A stretch of 64,000 bases of DNA, from positions 16,616,001 through 16,680,000 of the forward strand of contig NC_086097.1 of assembly GCF_963921235.1 (NCBI RefSeq). Direction: 5' to 3'. The notes beneath the pieces were generated by a model. That model did not search any database. It was given only the letters and a program-made list of their open reading frames with translations, and was not told the origin of the DNA. The stretch comes from Mobula hypostoma (lineage: Eukaryota). Shown piece after piece: positions 15,061 to 29,004 of this stretch (position 1 is the first letter of the stretch; the number at the start of each line of letters is the position of its first letter). A program made the translations under genes and the position numbers.

Positions 15061-16504
15061 GAACAATAGTGATCAATGAAACATTAGCCAAGGTCTTAAT
15101 TCTGGAACTCCCATATAGCAACACTGTAGAAATACCCTCACCAAAATGACTACAGTAACTCAGGCCAGCAAACTTCAATAGCTTTTCTGGGGTAATTAGA
15201 CCTGGCTTGCCAGTAAAGTCCAAATCCCATAAACAAATAAAATTCTTGTAACTCAGAAATGGCAAGTTTTCCTAAAGGCTGGATCTGAGGAAGTTACATC
15301 ACCTACTGACATGGAAAATGTATTTCAAGTAGCCATCAAAATAAGACTGACCTTTATAAAACAGAAAATCAGATGTTCAAGGATAATTCTAAAACAGATA
15401 AACCATTCATGAAGATATACTGCGATTAATCAATTAGCATTTAACAGTGCTGTGTTCATTTTGGAGAAAAAATTACCCAAACTAAAACAAAACACTTCTA
15501 CAATAGGCTATGATTACATGAAGCAGAGAAAAAAAAGACTAACTGATCCTTACACCAGCTCTATCTTTAAGTGACATGCTTAGACACTAAACACAATTCT
15601 TCACTTAGGCTGACAATCCAGTTTTAGCAGCCAGGATAGACATACTGGCAGCTTGGATACAGATACTGAACCAACACCATCTCCCTTGAAATTTATTACT
15701 ACAAACAGAGCCTTCACATATTGCCAAGTTCACAGTCTCAACTTTCTGTATGAGCAATGTTCAATGCTGTGGATAACCCTACAATATCCATTATCGAACT
15801 TTGCGGCAATTTGCCCCACTGATATGAACTGAATACCAAAGCTTTGGGCCTACTCCGGGGATCTGGTTCTAAGGACTCAACTTTGTTCAGAGTGCTGTTG
15901 TTGCTGCTATTGTTTATATGATTTGTGTTTATTTCCCTTTCTCTGTGGGCAGAGGGGCATTGGTCTTTTTTTAAATTGGGTTCTTTTGAGTTCCTTACTT
16001 TGCAACTACCTGTAAGCAAACAAATTTTGAAGTTGTCTAATTTAAACATTCTTTAATAAATGCACTTTGAAACTTTGAAATACCAAATGTCACGTATGAT
16101 CAAATCACAGCACTTACAAACAAAAGAGTACAAAATTTAGTTTAATAACTGGCATGCACAGTGTGGGATTGCCAATCTTAACACACAGCTTCATTTGATT
16201 TGAAATAATACTTAACTTAGCTGAACAATTGCCACATGAATGGTTGCAATGTTTAGCTCCAGGTAGCTTTAAAAATATTAGAAGGCCAAGATAAATTCAA
16301 TACATACAGGATCCCATGTTTTCACACATTGAATTTCTTAACAGTCACCAACAACAAACCTGCCCTTGAGAATAAAACCTTGAAATCTTAAACAGCAAAA
16401 TAGAAAGTTCCACAACTTCCTACACCCAGAAAGTAAGAAAAAGCACCAATAGCAACCGCAGCAAAACCATCAAGCTTAGATGTATCAAGAACTGCCTTCC
16501 CCAA

Positions 16505-17300
16505 TCTCACTGCCTCTATCTCCGGAGACAGCTTATCCACCAATGTGTATTATAAACCAACGGACTTTCATTGCCACCTGGACTATACCTCGTCCCACCC
16601 TGCTTCTTATAAAGACACCACCCCCATCTCTCAATTCCTCCGTCTCCACTGCATCTGCTCTCATAATGAGGCTTTTCATTGCAGAACAAAGGAGATGTCC
16701 TCCTTTTTCAAAGAAAGCGGCTTCCCTTCCTCCACCATCAACACTGCTCTCAACCGCATCTCTTCTATTTCACATCTATCTGCTCTTACCCCATCCTCCC
16801 AACACCCTACCTGGGATAGGAGTCCTCTTGTTTTCATCCACCACCCCACTTGCCTCCGCATCCAGCACATAATTCTCCCAAACTTCCGCCTCCTCCAACT
16901 GGATCCCACCACTAAACCCATCTTCCCCCCACCCCCGCACTTTCTGCTTTCCGCAGGGATTGTTCCCTACATGATTCCCTTGTCCATTCGTCCCCTCTCG
17001 ACTGATCTCCCTCCTTGCACTTATCCTTGCAAGTGGAACAAGTGCTACACCTGCCCCTACAACTCCTCCCTCACTACCATTCAGGATCCCAAACAGTCCT
17101 TCCAGGTGAGGCAACACTTCACCTGTGAGTCCGTTGGCATCATATACTGTGTTCGGTGCTCCCAGTATGGCCTCCTGTATATTGGTGAGACCCAGCGTCG
17201 ATTGGGAGACCGCTTCACCGAACATCAATGCTCCGTCCACCAGAACAAGCGAGATTTCCCATTGGCCACCCATTTTAATTCACTTCCCATTCTGATATGT
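16505..17300 (+). mobile_element. Penelope-like element (Neptune-type): RT thumb, Cys-rich linker and GIY-YIG endonuclease
   Basis: ORF 16545-17357: 'YYKPTD..LDYTSSHP', 'SQFLRL..ICS', 'CKWNKCYTC', 'IIYCVRCSQYGLLYIGETQRRLGDRFTEH'. Confidence 0.9.
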
Positions 17301-17420
17301 CCGGGGGAAGTTCAAGTTCAACAGTGCGTGACAGGGAATGAGGAAAGGTGCAGCTGACTGATATCGTTTCCTCTCAGCCCGGTAGCACATGCTTTGCGGC
17401 CTGGTGGTTGGGGACCACTG
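17300..17420. mobile_element. Probable hAT/Charlie-type MITE end
   Basis: Ends GGTTGGGGACCACTG, typical of Charlie-like TIRs; replaces the end of the PLE ORF. Confidence 0.45.
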
Positions 17421-17993
17421 CGTTAAGTGAAGAAGTTTCCTTTCATGTTCTTCTTAAACTTTTAACCTTTCACCTTTTACCCATGACCTCTGGTTGTAGT
17501 CCCATACAACCTCAGTGGAAAAAGCATACTTGCATTTACCCTATCTATACCTTTCATAATTTTGTATACCTTTATCAAATCTCCTCTCAATCTTCTACAT
17601 TCGCTTTCTCGTACTCTAAATTCCACTTCTCTCCATTATTCTGTTGTCACTTCTGCATTTCTTTCTCCACTAAAATCTTTGCACCATACTACTGCTTTGC
17701 ACTAGCTGTTGTATTTATTACTACCTATACTGCTTATTCTGTGAGCAAATAATTTCATTGAACCCTGAAATATGACAAAATAACCTGTCCTAGAATAGTT
17801 GTTTTAGCTGTGTAACAAAATAACCATCCTTTTGTTACATGAACCAGAAAAAAGACTCCATCTAACTCAGACTGAAGCCTCCACAAACCACATTTACATC
17901 TCGCACAGAATACACAGAAGTATGGATTTATTGCAAGATTAATAAACTTATTGGTTTGAAATATTGTGGAATATTGGTAGCTTGTGTTGGCTA

Positions 17994-18325
17994 TTCGGAA
18001 GTTTGTTGATTGCCGAGCTTGGCTAAATGTTTTCAAACATTTCAGCTCCGATCGAGAAGACATCGTCAGTGTGCAATTAAGGGTGTTGTCTCCTCAGAAT
18101 GTTGGCTTATATACTCCTCCGGGGTCTGAATGGATATTAATTAGACATCCTGATTTAGTTGGCTGGTTCGATCATGACGTCTAATCAATATCCATTCAGA
18201 GGACTATATAAACCGGCATTCTGAAGAGACAACACTTTCAAATGTGCACTGATGATGGCTTCCTGATTGGAGCCAAAACGTATGCAAACATTTTGCCAAG
18301 CTAAACGATCAACCAAACTTCTAAA
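17994..18325. mobile_element. Palindromic Penelope (Poseidon-like) pLTR pair with a hammerhead motif in each arm
   Basis: ~150-bp imperfect inverted arms; right arm TGCA-CTGATGA-T-GGCTTC..GGAGCC-AAAACGTA-TGCA; left arm (minus) CTGACGA...GAAATGTT; TATATA box precedes each motif. Confidence 0.75.
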
Positions 18326-19753
18326 TTTATTGTTGATGTGAAGAATCAGCAGCTGGAAATTCCTAAATGCACACATTGTTACAGCAGTTTGGATTTTAAG
18401 AAAAAGCTAATTCTTCATATAAAAATGACATTCAAGAAACTCTTAAATAAGCACACTGATTTAAAAAAATGGAGAGCTATGGAGGAGGTAAGCATTAGAT
18501 TAACTTTAGTGTAGGTTAAAAGATGGGCACATCGTGGGCCAAAGGACCTGCATTGCGCTGTACTGTTCTATGGTCTGTAATAAATCCCTAACAATTACAC
18601 CAAGCAAATGTTACAGAAACATGTAAAGAACAAGATGAGGTTTTTTTTGAGAGAAATTACTTTGCACAGACATATAAGAAGTACATAACACTTTTGAACC
18701 AGATTATTACAAATGATTGATTATTATAGGTACATACAGCTTAACGATTACAGTTCAAGGAACAAATTACTAAATACAGATCAGTCTGGAATAGCATCAT
18801 GACTATATAGATTTCTTCCGTGCATAGAAAAGCTTCCAAAATTATTAATTCATCCAAATATCATATGGATATTTTAGTTCCCTCTAACTCCACTCGCAAA
18901 AGTATCTATTCTCTCTAGATCCTTTCCAGTTCACTTCTTCAACATCACCAACCCTAACATTTTTTATGCAAGCATGAAAAATGCAACATCTGATCGTTCA
19001 CCTCCTGCCATTCTTTGATCCACAGCTTCAAAAGCACTTTTTTTAATAGGAGAAGGATGAAAGGTTCATCAATTTGAAACACTCTGTTCACTCTCTAAAG
19101 GTCAAGAATCAACTTTATTTGCCATATACATTTACATATATTAGGATCTTCTTGTGTGTCTTGGCACAATATGCAACAAAAACATTCAATTATCAAGAAT
19201 TATTAAAAATAAGTTTGAGGCTTAAGTATGGATATGGAATAAATATGTATAAATACATAAATACCAGCATTTGTTTAAGATGTAAACAGCAATATAAAAT
19301 GGGGGGGGGGGGGGAGGGATGGTAGACAGGCTAACTAAAATGATTGATCAGATTAACTGCCTGGGGGAAGAAACTGTTAAAATGGCACACAGTTTTTGTT
19401 TTAATTGCCCTATGCTGCCTGACCAATTATCTCTGGCATTTTGTTTAAAATTTCCGAAGCCTGCAAGATTAGTTTTCCAATTAACAGCAATTGAAATGTA
19501 ATTCTAATTTAATACATAGAGCACTCAAGAGTGCAATTTCCTTTATACTGAGACAAGTTTAGATGTACCATTGCTCTAAAGGGACAATTACACTGCTCTT
19601 TTCATGATTTCAAGACATGAAGTACTCTGAAAGTGCAAGTGTCATTATAGCAATGACAGCCACAGAAACAGAAAGATTTACCCGAAACAGCAAAGATCCA
19701 GTGAACAGCAATATGATGATGACCAGGTAATTCTGTGGTTTTAATTGAGAATT

Positions 19754-19965
19754 AGGGCGCCGTGGTAGCATAGCGGTTACCACAAAGCTATTACAGCTCA
19801 GGATGTTCCAGAGTTCAGAGTTCAATTTTGACACTGTCTATAAGGAGATTGTTATATTCTCACAACGCGTAGGTTTTCTCTGGGTGCTCTGGTTTCTTCC
19901 CAGAGTCCAAAGGTGTACCAGTTATAAGGTAAATTGGTCTTTGTAAATTGTCCTGTGATTCGGCT
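19754..19965 (+). mobile_element. V-SINE copy
   Basis: TAGCATAGCGGTTA A-box-like, AGTTCAATT B-box-like, V-domain-like core as at 2894. Confidence 0.65.
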
Positions 19966-19969
19966 TGCC

Positions 19970-22900
19970 CAATCAAGTCTATTGTCATTTAACTATATAT
20001 ATCGTCAAACAAGACGTTTCTCTGGACCAGAGTGTAGTACAGTAGTAAACATAACACACAGTAACTTAGGAAGGAAGAATAAAATCTACAAATGAACTAT
20101 GCATAAATAAACAAAATAAAGTACATAAATTAAAGGTGACACTTTGACTGCGATGCTGCAGTGAGTTCAGAACCATAATGAAACTGTTTCCCATCCTGAC
20201 CATTCTTGTCTTTATGCATTGGAGTCTCTTGCCTGATGGTAGAAAGTCAAAAAGGATGCTGGATAGATGGATGGATGGATGGGATCCTCGATAATTCTCA
20301 GAGCCCTGTGTACACAGAGCTCCTGATAAATGTCCCCGACGGGTGGTAGGGAGACCCCTATGTTCCTCAGTCGTTCTCAGTCCTTTGTAGACACTTCCAG
20401 TCTGATGCTCAGCTGCTCCCATACCAGGGGACATGCAGTTTGTCAGGATGCTGTCAGTGGTGGTCCTGTAAAATCCAGTGGTGGTGGGGGGAGAGGTGAT
20501 CCCCGCTTGCCTCGATCTCCTTAAGAACTGGATGCAGTGCTGTGCCTTCTTATTCAGGGAGGCAATACGAAGAGACCAGGTGAGGTCATCCATGATGTGA
20601 ACTCCCAGGAATTTGCTGCACTTAACTCTCTCTATGGAGGAGCATGTATGCGCCGAGTGGTGATTCATCTTTATCTTCCTAAAGTCCACAATAATTTCCT
20701 TGGTTTTCTCCATGTTCAGACTTCGGCAGTTTTTCCTCACACCAGTCCACAAGCTGCTCCACTTCCTCTCTGTACTCTAACTTGCCATTGTTGTTGATGA
20801 GGCCAACCACTATTGTCATCCACAAACTTGATGACACATTTTGAGCTGTACCCTGCAACAGTTATAAATCAGCAGTGTGAACCGTAGCAGGCTAAGCACA
20901 CAACTTTGGGAAACACCAGTGCTCAGTGTGATGAGAATACAGACATTGCTGCCCACACAGACTGACTGTGGAGACCCAGTGAGGACAGTTTCCCCACCAG
21001 TTTTAGGGGTATGATGGTGTTAAAACATCGAACTGGTCTATAAACAGCAGCCTGGCAAACAAGACCCTATTTTCCAGGTGGGAAAGGACAGAGTGGAGGG
21101 CAGAGGCTACCAGTAGATAGATTTGAGTGATAAGTGAACTGGAAAGGGTCCAATGTAGCCAAGAGAAAGGCTTTAATGTGCTCCATGACTAGCTGCTCAA
21201 AGCATTTCATAATGGTTGATGTTAATGCCATCGGACAAGTCATTGAGACAGGTTACTGTCACTTCCTTTAGCACTGGAATTACGGTTCCCGCCTTGAAAA
21301 CCGAGGGGACAATACACTGTTCCAGAGAGATGTTGAATATATCTGTCAGCACCTCAGTTAGCTGGGCTGCCCAATGTTTCAGAACATGTTATCGGGCTCC
21401 ACAGCTTTTCGTGGCTAAACATAGAAAACATAGAAAATAGGTGCAGGAGTAGGCCATTCGGCCCTTCGAGCCTGCACCGCCATTTATTATGATCATGGCT
21501 GATCATCCAACTCAGAACCCTGCACCAGCCTTCCCTCCATACCCTCTGATCCCCCTAGCCACAAGGGCCATATCTAACTCCCTCTTAAATATAGCCAATG
21601 AACTGGCCTCAACTGTTTCCTGTGGCAGAGAATTCCACAGATTCACCACTCTCTGTGTGGAGAAGTTTTTCCTAATCTCGGTCCTAAAAGGCTTCGCCTT
21701 TATCCTCAAACCGTGACCCCTCATTCTGGACTTCCCCAACATCGAGAACAATCTTCCTGTATCTTGCCTGTCCAATTCCTTTAGGATTTTATACGTTTCA
21801 ATCAGATCCCCCCTCAATGTTCTAAATTCCAACGATTACAAGCCTAGTTCATCCAGTCTTTCATCATATGAAAGTCCTGCCATCCCAGGAATCAATCTGG
21901 TGAACCTTCTTTGTACTCCCTCTATGGCAAGGATGTCTTTCCTCAGATTAGGGGACCAAAACTGCACACAATACTCCAGGTGTGGTCTCACCAAGGCCTT
22001 GTACAACTGCAGTAGTACCTCTCTGCTCCTGTACTCGAATCCTCTTGCTATAAATGCCAGCATACCATTCGCCTTTTTCACCGCCTGCTGTACCTGCATG
22101 CCCACTTTCAATGACTGGTGTATAATGACACCCAGGTCTCATTGCACCTCCCCTTTTCCTAATCGGCCACCATTCAGATAATAATCTGTTCTCCTATTTT
22201 TGCCACCAAAGTGGATAACTTCACATTTATCCACATTAAATTGCATCTTCCATGAATTTGCCCACTCACCCAACCTATCCAAGTCACCCTGCATCCTCTT
22301 AGCATCCTCCTCACAGCTAACACTGCCGCCCAGCTTCGTGTCATCCGCAAACTTGGAGATGCTGCATTTAATTCCCCAATCCAAGTCATTAATATATATT
22401 GTAAACAACTGGGGTCCCAGCACTGAGCCTTGCGGTACCCTACTATGTCCAGGATCTTTCTCACCCCAGCTTAGCCAGGAGAGTCTGCTCCCTTGGGGGA
22501 GGGATGCTTTCCTCGCCAGCACTTTGTTCTGTGCATTAAACTGGGTGTAAAAGACATTCAGCTTGTCGGGAAGTGAGGCAACCTGGTCAATGATGCACGC
22601 AGTAGATTTGTAGTCTGCAATCCTCTGAATTCCCTGCCACATGTGCTTCATGTCTCTGGTATCGCAGAAGTGGTTGGATATTCTGTGATAATGTTTAATT
22701 TTTGCCTTCCTGATGGAGCGGGAAAACACAGTTCTTGCATCCGTGAGAGCTATCACATCCCCTGATCTAAAGGCAATATCAGGATCCCTCAGCAATGCAC
22801 AGATCTCTTCAGTAAGCCATGGCTTCAGCTTTGCCCCCACCTGGATGGTTTCATGCTAACATCCTCAGTACACCTCTCTATGTACTTGGTCACAGAATCC

Positions 22901-24037
22901 ACGTATTCCTCAATGTTAACGTGGTTGCCATAGGTAGCAGCCCCCTGAACATTCCCCAGTTTGTATTAGGTAAGCAGTCCTGCAATGCTGAAATTGTTCC
23001 TTCAGCAACCCACACAAAATACTGGAGGAACTCAGCAGGCAAGGCAGCATCTATGGAAAAGAGTACAGTCAACATTTTGGGTCAAGACAGGCTCCCTTAG
23101 GCCAGGTTTTCACCACCTTCAGAACTGGTTTGGCCTGTTTAGCAGATGGTTTGCATGTTGGAATTACCATAACAGGTAAGTGATCTGAGAGCCCAATGGG
23201 AACTGCTTTATATGCACCTGGTATATTAATATAAACCAGGTCTGGTGGAATTTCGGCAGGACTGTTTTTAGGTTTGCATGGTTAAAATCAACAGCGACAA
23301 TAAAGATACCATCAGGGTGTTTCGTTTGAAAACCACTGATGGCACTGTAGAGCTCATGCAGCGCCTCACCAGCATTAGCAAGGCTTAAGAATAGAAACAA
23401 CTATCAACACAATTATAGTGAACTCCCTAGGTATATAAAATGGTCTGCACTTCACAAAAATGAACTCAATCATCAGTGAACAGTGGGATGCCATTGTTAA
23501 AAGTGTCCATACACCAGTTCTTATTTACGTAAATACAGATGCCACCACCACAGAGTTTGTCTGAGATTGTTGGATTCCTGTTGACCCGAAATGTGCTGAA
23601 ATCCTCCAGCTGGATCACCACATCTGGAATGATGTCCTGAGTTTCGATGAGAATCAATGTGCAGTTCTTCATCTCTTACTGGTTTAGTCTCAGGCACCGG
23701 TAGTCAAGTTCATTTTCAAATGAATGAATGTTTGCCAGAAAGAATGACAGGAGAGCTGGGCTGAAGGGCTTCAATCTGAGTCTCTCACAGATCTGAGTAA
23801 GCTTCCCCCCCTTTTGCTTTCTAGTGCACTGCTTTCGATGGCATCTTCCATGGATGACTGTCACAGGCAATAGTGTGTGCAGTAAGCTCAAGCTGCAGAG
23901 CTTCTCAGCAGTCCAACAGTTTACTAAGGAGATGGAATTCTGTGCACAGTATATGTAATAGCCAGCAGTATGTCCCAAAGGATGAACTATTACACCAAGA
24001 GACTGAATGGTTGCTACATCTGAACGTGCCACCATCT
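19970..24037 (-). mobile_element. Near full-length degenerate Rex1/Babar-like LINE with CR1 and pLTR insertions
   Basis: Minus ORFs: endonuclease motifs 'LANIHSFENELD', 'GGGICIYVNKNWC', 'FIVAVDFNHANL'; RT C-terminus 'LNMEKTKEIIVDFRK...KFLGVHI'; 5' end AAGATGG at ~24037. Confidence 0.8.
21418..22443 (-). mobile_element. Young 5'-truncated CR1 copy
   Basis: Near-identical to 38620-39638; full 3' tail TTTTCTATGTTTTCTATG. Confidence 0.92.
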
Positions 24038-24864
24038 TAAACTGAAAATGTTAACTAGATGGGCAAGACAGCACAGCTCATTGGGCTGGCGCATAAATAA
24101 AAAAACTGAAAAAATAAAAATTCACATAAGCTTGCTTAAATTCTTCTGAGACAGAAGTCTAACCTTGAAACTTACAAGCAAGTCAAATACTGCTGAATCT
24201 CACGCTTTGGTGTGGACTGCAGAAATGGCATTTTGTCTCTCTCTCTTTGGTGAATGTTTTTATAGTTTTACACCAATTTTTTCTTACTTTACAGTATTGT
24301 CGGCATGAAAAAGAATATGATGGAAGAACAGCTAGGTCATGTTGTACATCAGCTTGTTATAATTTCTAGCCACTTATAATACTTCATCCTTCTACTTATC
24401 CCTACAAAACTGAGCCATGATTGCTTCTTCTTTGGCAGGTCCTCAGCATCAACAATGATTTGCTTGACTTTCTTCCACTCCAAAATGTACAAGTGCTGCG
24501 GTGGAGAAGGCTGCTGTAGGAAAACCACTCTTCCACATGGGGGAAAGTGCCAAATAGCAGACAAGTGGGTTGCTTATGAGGTGATGTGCTTCTCCCAGGG
24601 TTTATGCATGCTCCAGGTGTATGTGCAAAGTCCTCAAAAGTATCCCAATGCTCCTTCTCCACTTTAAGTCATGCATTGGAGATTTCAAGCAGGCTGCAGA
24701 GACAACGCATTCAAGGAGGCTTTGAACAGATCCTTGAGTATCTTCCTGTTTGCCTGGAAATTTCTTCCCATGAAAAGCTGGGAAAAGTGTCTGTTTTGAG
24801 AGCCTGGTGTCAGACATGTGAACTACGTTGCCTGCCCAAGGTAGTTGAATGAATATAATTGGAC

Positions 24865-25015
24865 TTCTCCCCTTCCTTTCCAGTCCTGAAGAAGGGTCTC
24901 GCCCTGAATCGACAACTGTTTTAGCTTTTCCATAGATGTTGCCTGGCCTACTGAGTTCCTCCAGCATTTTGTGTGTGTGTTACTTTGGATTTGCAGCATC
25001 TGCAGACTTTCTCAT
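24865..25015 (+). mobile_element. Penelope pLTR 3' end with degenerate hammerhead motif
   Basis: CAGTC-CTGAAGA-AGGGTCTCGCCCT-GAATC.. followed by the conserved 'GCTGAGTTCCTCCAGCATTTTGTGTG' segment repeated many times in the window. Confidence 0.7.
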
Positions 25016-27169
25016 AATAATTAGAATCTCAGTGCTGAGGATACTGGCCTGGGATGAGACAGCATCTATGGAAGAGTACAGTTAATGTTTCAGGCCGAGA
25101 CCCTTCATTTGTTTTTTACTGTTGATCTGCTTACTCTTCCAGGACATCTGGAGGATTCTGCTGTATTCTGAATGGTTGCTTCACTGTCTTGTACAGAGAT
25201 ACCGATGCACAAGACTGGAAAGGCTGCAGTGGGTTGTAAACTAGCCTCCCCAGCATTGAGGGCCTCCACAAAAGGCAGTGCAAAAAAGGCGGCATTCATC
25301 ATTAAGGACCCTTGTCATCCAGGACATTCCTCTTTTCATTACTACCACCAGGGAGATGGTACAGGAGCCTAAAGACACACACTCAACATTTTAGAAATAA
25401 CTTCTATTCCCCCCCCCCATCAGATTTCTGAACAGCCCATGAACACTACTCCCCTTTTTACACTAATTATTTTTTATATATTCTTTTTGTATTTATAGCA
25501 CTTTCTATGTATTGCACTGTACTGCTGCCATGAAACGACAAATTTCAGTGATAATAAACCTGATTCTGATACGTAACCTCTCATTCAACTTGTCTGGATC
25601 ACTGTGAGATCCTCCTCACACCTCATATTCCCACCCAGAAAGAAATATCACATTAAGTTATCTCATCTAATCATTGATAGAGATTATGAACGTCGGGAGG
25701 CCAAGCTGTATAGTAAATTATTATTAGTAATTACCTAAAATACCAAAAAAACTCCTCCTTCCTATCTGTCCACCAATTTTCAATCTATGTTAGTATACTA
25801 CTGCTAGTTGTACGTGGTTTAATTTTGCAGGACAAAGTTCAAAGTTAAATTTATTATCAGAGTACATACATGTCAAATCTATACAATAGTAAACATGATC
25901 AATGGACAACAAACTGCAAATGTGGATATAAACAGTTATAAACAATAAGCATGAAATAACAAGACAAAAGAATCCTTAAATGAGTGTAGTTATCCCCTTT
26001 TGTTCAAGGGCCTGATGGTTAAGGGGTATTAACTGTTCTTGAACCTGGTGTGCAAGTCCTGAGGCAGCTGTACCTTCTATTTGATGGCAGCAGTGAGAAA
26101 AGAGCATGACCAAATCTAAATGCATTAATCGATGGCATGGTAGTGGAATATTATTAAAGCACCAGCAACCAGGGTTCAATTACACTGCTATCTGTAAAGA
26201 GTTTGTATGTCCTCTCCGTGACCGTGTAGGGGTTTCCTCCCACATTCCAAAGAGGTATAGATTAATTGGTCTCATGGGCTTCTGAGGCTGGAAGGGCCTG
26301 TTACTGTGTTGTATCTCCAAATTAAAAAGATCTGTTGTTTTTGTCTTATATATTCTATCAGCTACATTGCCAAATCAACTCTGGTAAATTTGTCAAATAC
26401 ATTTTCCTTTTCATAAGTCCACCCTGACTTTATCTATATTTTAATATTGTCTATATTTAAAATCTATTTAATATTTTAAGAATTTTCTTTTTATATATCT
26501 ATTTTGCACCACCTGCCTGCTCCTCATGGTGGTCATCCATTTGTCTGGCTCAAACTATAGTGTGAGTACCTTCCTGAAACTCTGAACTATAATATTGCTG
26601 TATGCGCCACAGTGAGTCCAATGATGCATGCCACCACAGTAACAGGGCCCTTCCAGCCCACCGAGCCCATACTGCTCAATTACACCCATGTGACCAACTA
26701 AACCACTAACTCACAAGTCTTTGTAATGTGTGAGGAAACCCACAAGGTCACAGGGAAAAATTCTTACAATGATGGATTTGAACCCAGGTTGCTACCACTG
26801 TAATAGCATTACACCAACTGCTACACCAGCATGCCGCGCAGTGTGCTCACATCCTTTACAAAAGATTCTAGCATTCCCTCACTACTGATTTTAGGCTAAA
26901 CTGAATGTAGTATCTGCTGTTTGCTCTCCCTCCCTTTCCTCAAGTAAGTGACCAATATCTATTCCATGCCCAGACTCATACATACGATTATTTTGACCCT
27001 ATCTCATTTGGTTTTTACAAACAAGAGAAAATCTGCAAATGACAGAAATCTAAGCAACACACACAAAATGCTGGAGGAACTCAGCAGGCCAGGCAGCATC
27101 TATGGAAGAGTACAGATGACGTTTTGGGCCAAGACCCATCATCTGGTTTTTACTTTTGAACTGTGTAGA

Positions 27170-27830
27170 CTGGCAGCAAAGGAGGAGGAACTATGACTGC
27201 TAAAAAGTGTGCTTCAGGTGAGGAATTGCTTATTTTCATACTGTGAGGCCTAGCATCAAGGAGGAGGAGCAGTGACCATTTAACCTGTGGGCTTCAGGTG
27301 AGAAACTGAAAAAAAAATTTGTGCTATGAGGCCTAGCAGAGAATAAAAGGGAGGCAGGCTCTACCACAGCAAGCATTTTCAGAAAGTCATTCCTGAGTTA
27401 AGGGAAGGTAAGATTTCCCCCCTTTTCTTTAGACCACTAGTTATTAAAGGAGCAGTAATGCCAGTCAGTGGAGTGGTATGCTCTGGTTCTCAGATGTGCA
27501 AGATGAATGAATATTAAAATGTCCCTAATGACTATATCTACAGGAAATGTGTACAGCTGTAGCTCCTCTCAAGATGGCACGCATCATGATGTGACAGCTG
27601 GTCACATCAAAATTTGAGCCGCATAAATGGATAACTGCTAGGAGGGGCAGGCAGGTAATGTAAAAGCTCCCAGTAGCTGTTTCCTTCTCAAACAAATATA
27701 CTGTTGGAGAAGGTAGTCCCTGAGGAAAAAATGACAGCAGCAGCCGGATCAGTGGCATCATTACTGTCGTACAGCAAAGTCTAGCCAAGCAAAAGTGATC
27801 AAGAATTCTTTAGTCAGGGGCATTAACAAG
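27170..27830 (+). mobile_element. Old CR1 5' end: tandem 5' UTR repeats and ORF1 remnant
   Basis: Two ~78-80-bp direct units (AAGGAGGAGGA...GCTTCAGGTGAG...TGAGGCCTAGCA); 'CCCTAATGACTATATCTACAGGAAATGTGTACAGCTG' resembles ORF1 'VPDDYTCERCIQL' at 48440. Confidence 0.55.
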
Positions 27831-28251
27831 CTTAAAGAGTGTTTAAAGAAGAACCTCTAGCCTTTCATTCCTGGGATCCTGAGATCATTCTTATAAACCT
27901 CCTTGGACTCACTCCAGAGCCTGCAACCCTACACTTCCCCATGCCACTTCTTTGCCCACTCTCCCAATCTGTCGAAGTCCTTATATAAACACCCTATCTC
28001 TACAACACCAACTGTTATGCATCTATCTTGCTAATATCTTCAAACTTCGCCAAATATCATCAGTTCCTTCATCCAGATTAATGTATATAATGAAAAACTG
28101 AGATCCCAACATCACCTCCTGCAGAACTCTACTGGTCACCTGCAGCCACCCAGTAAACACCCCCTTTCTCTCCACTGACTTCTGACAGTCAGTCAATCTC
28201 GTATTCACATTAGTGCTTCACCTCTACACTACGGGCTGTTAACTTGCTTAG

Positions 28252-28845
28252 ACCACAAGACCATAATATATAGGAGCAGGATTAGGCCACTTGGCCCATC
28301 AAATCTGCTCTGTCATTTCATCACGGCCGACCCATTTTTCCTTTCAGCCCCGATTTCCTCCCCCCCCCCAACGCTGTATCCCTTCATGCCCTGATTAATC
28401 AAGAATCTATCAACCTTTGCCTTAAACAGACATAAATACCTGGCCTCCACAACTGCCTGAGGCAACAAATTCCACAGATTCACCACTCTCTGGCTAAAGA
28501 AATTCCTCCTCATCTCCATTCTAAAGGGATGCCCCTCTATTCTGAGGTTGTGTCCTCTGGTCTTAGACACTATAGGAAACATCATCTCCACATCCACTCT
28601 ATCAAGGCCTTTCACCATTTGATAGTTTTCAATTAAGTCACCCCTCATTCTTCTGAATTCCAGTGAATACAGGCCCAGGGCCATCAAATGCTCTCAATAT
28701 GACAAGCCATTTAACCCTGGAATCATTTTTGTGAACCTCCTTTGAACCCTCTCCAGTTTCAAAAGATACTTTCGAAGATAAAGGGCCCAAACCTTCTTCC
28801 AATACTCCAAGTGAGGCCTCACCAGTGCTTTATAAAGTCTCAATC
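28252..28845 (-). mobile_element. CR1 3' fragment nested in an older CR1
   Basis: ORF 28313-28687 'LGLYSLEFRRMRGDLIE...RRNFFSQRVVNLWN'; older CR1 RT remnants on both sides. Confidence 0.85.
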
Positions 28846-29004
28846 AGCCTCTTGTGCAACATTTTGTCAAATGCCTTCTGAAAATCCAAATGAATAACAC
28901 CCACTGACTTTCACTTGTTTAACTTGCTTTGTTGTCTCCTCAAAGAATTCTAACAGATTTGTCAGGGTACATCTCTCCTTAACAAAACCTTGCTGAATTT
29001 GTTA

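Noticed and set aside
22139..22840. 233-aa ORF as a fusion gene
   Set aside because: Chance in-frame junction of the Rex1-like host and the inserted CR1.
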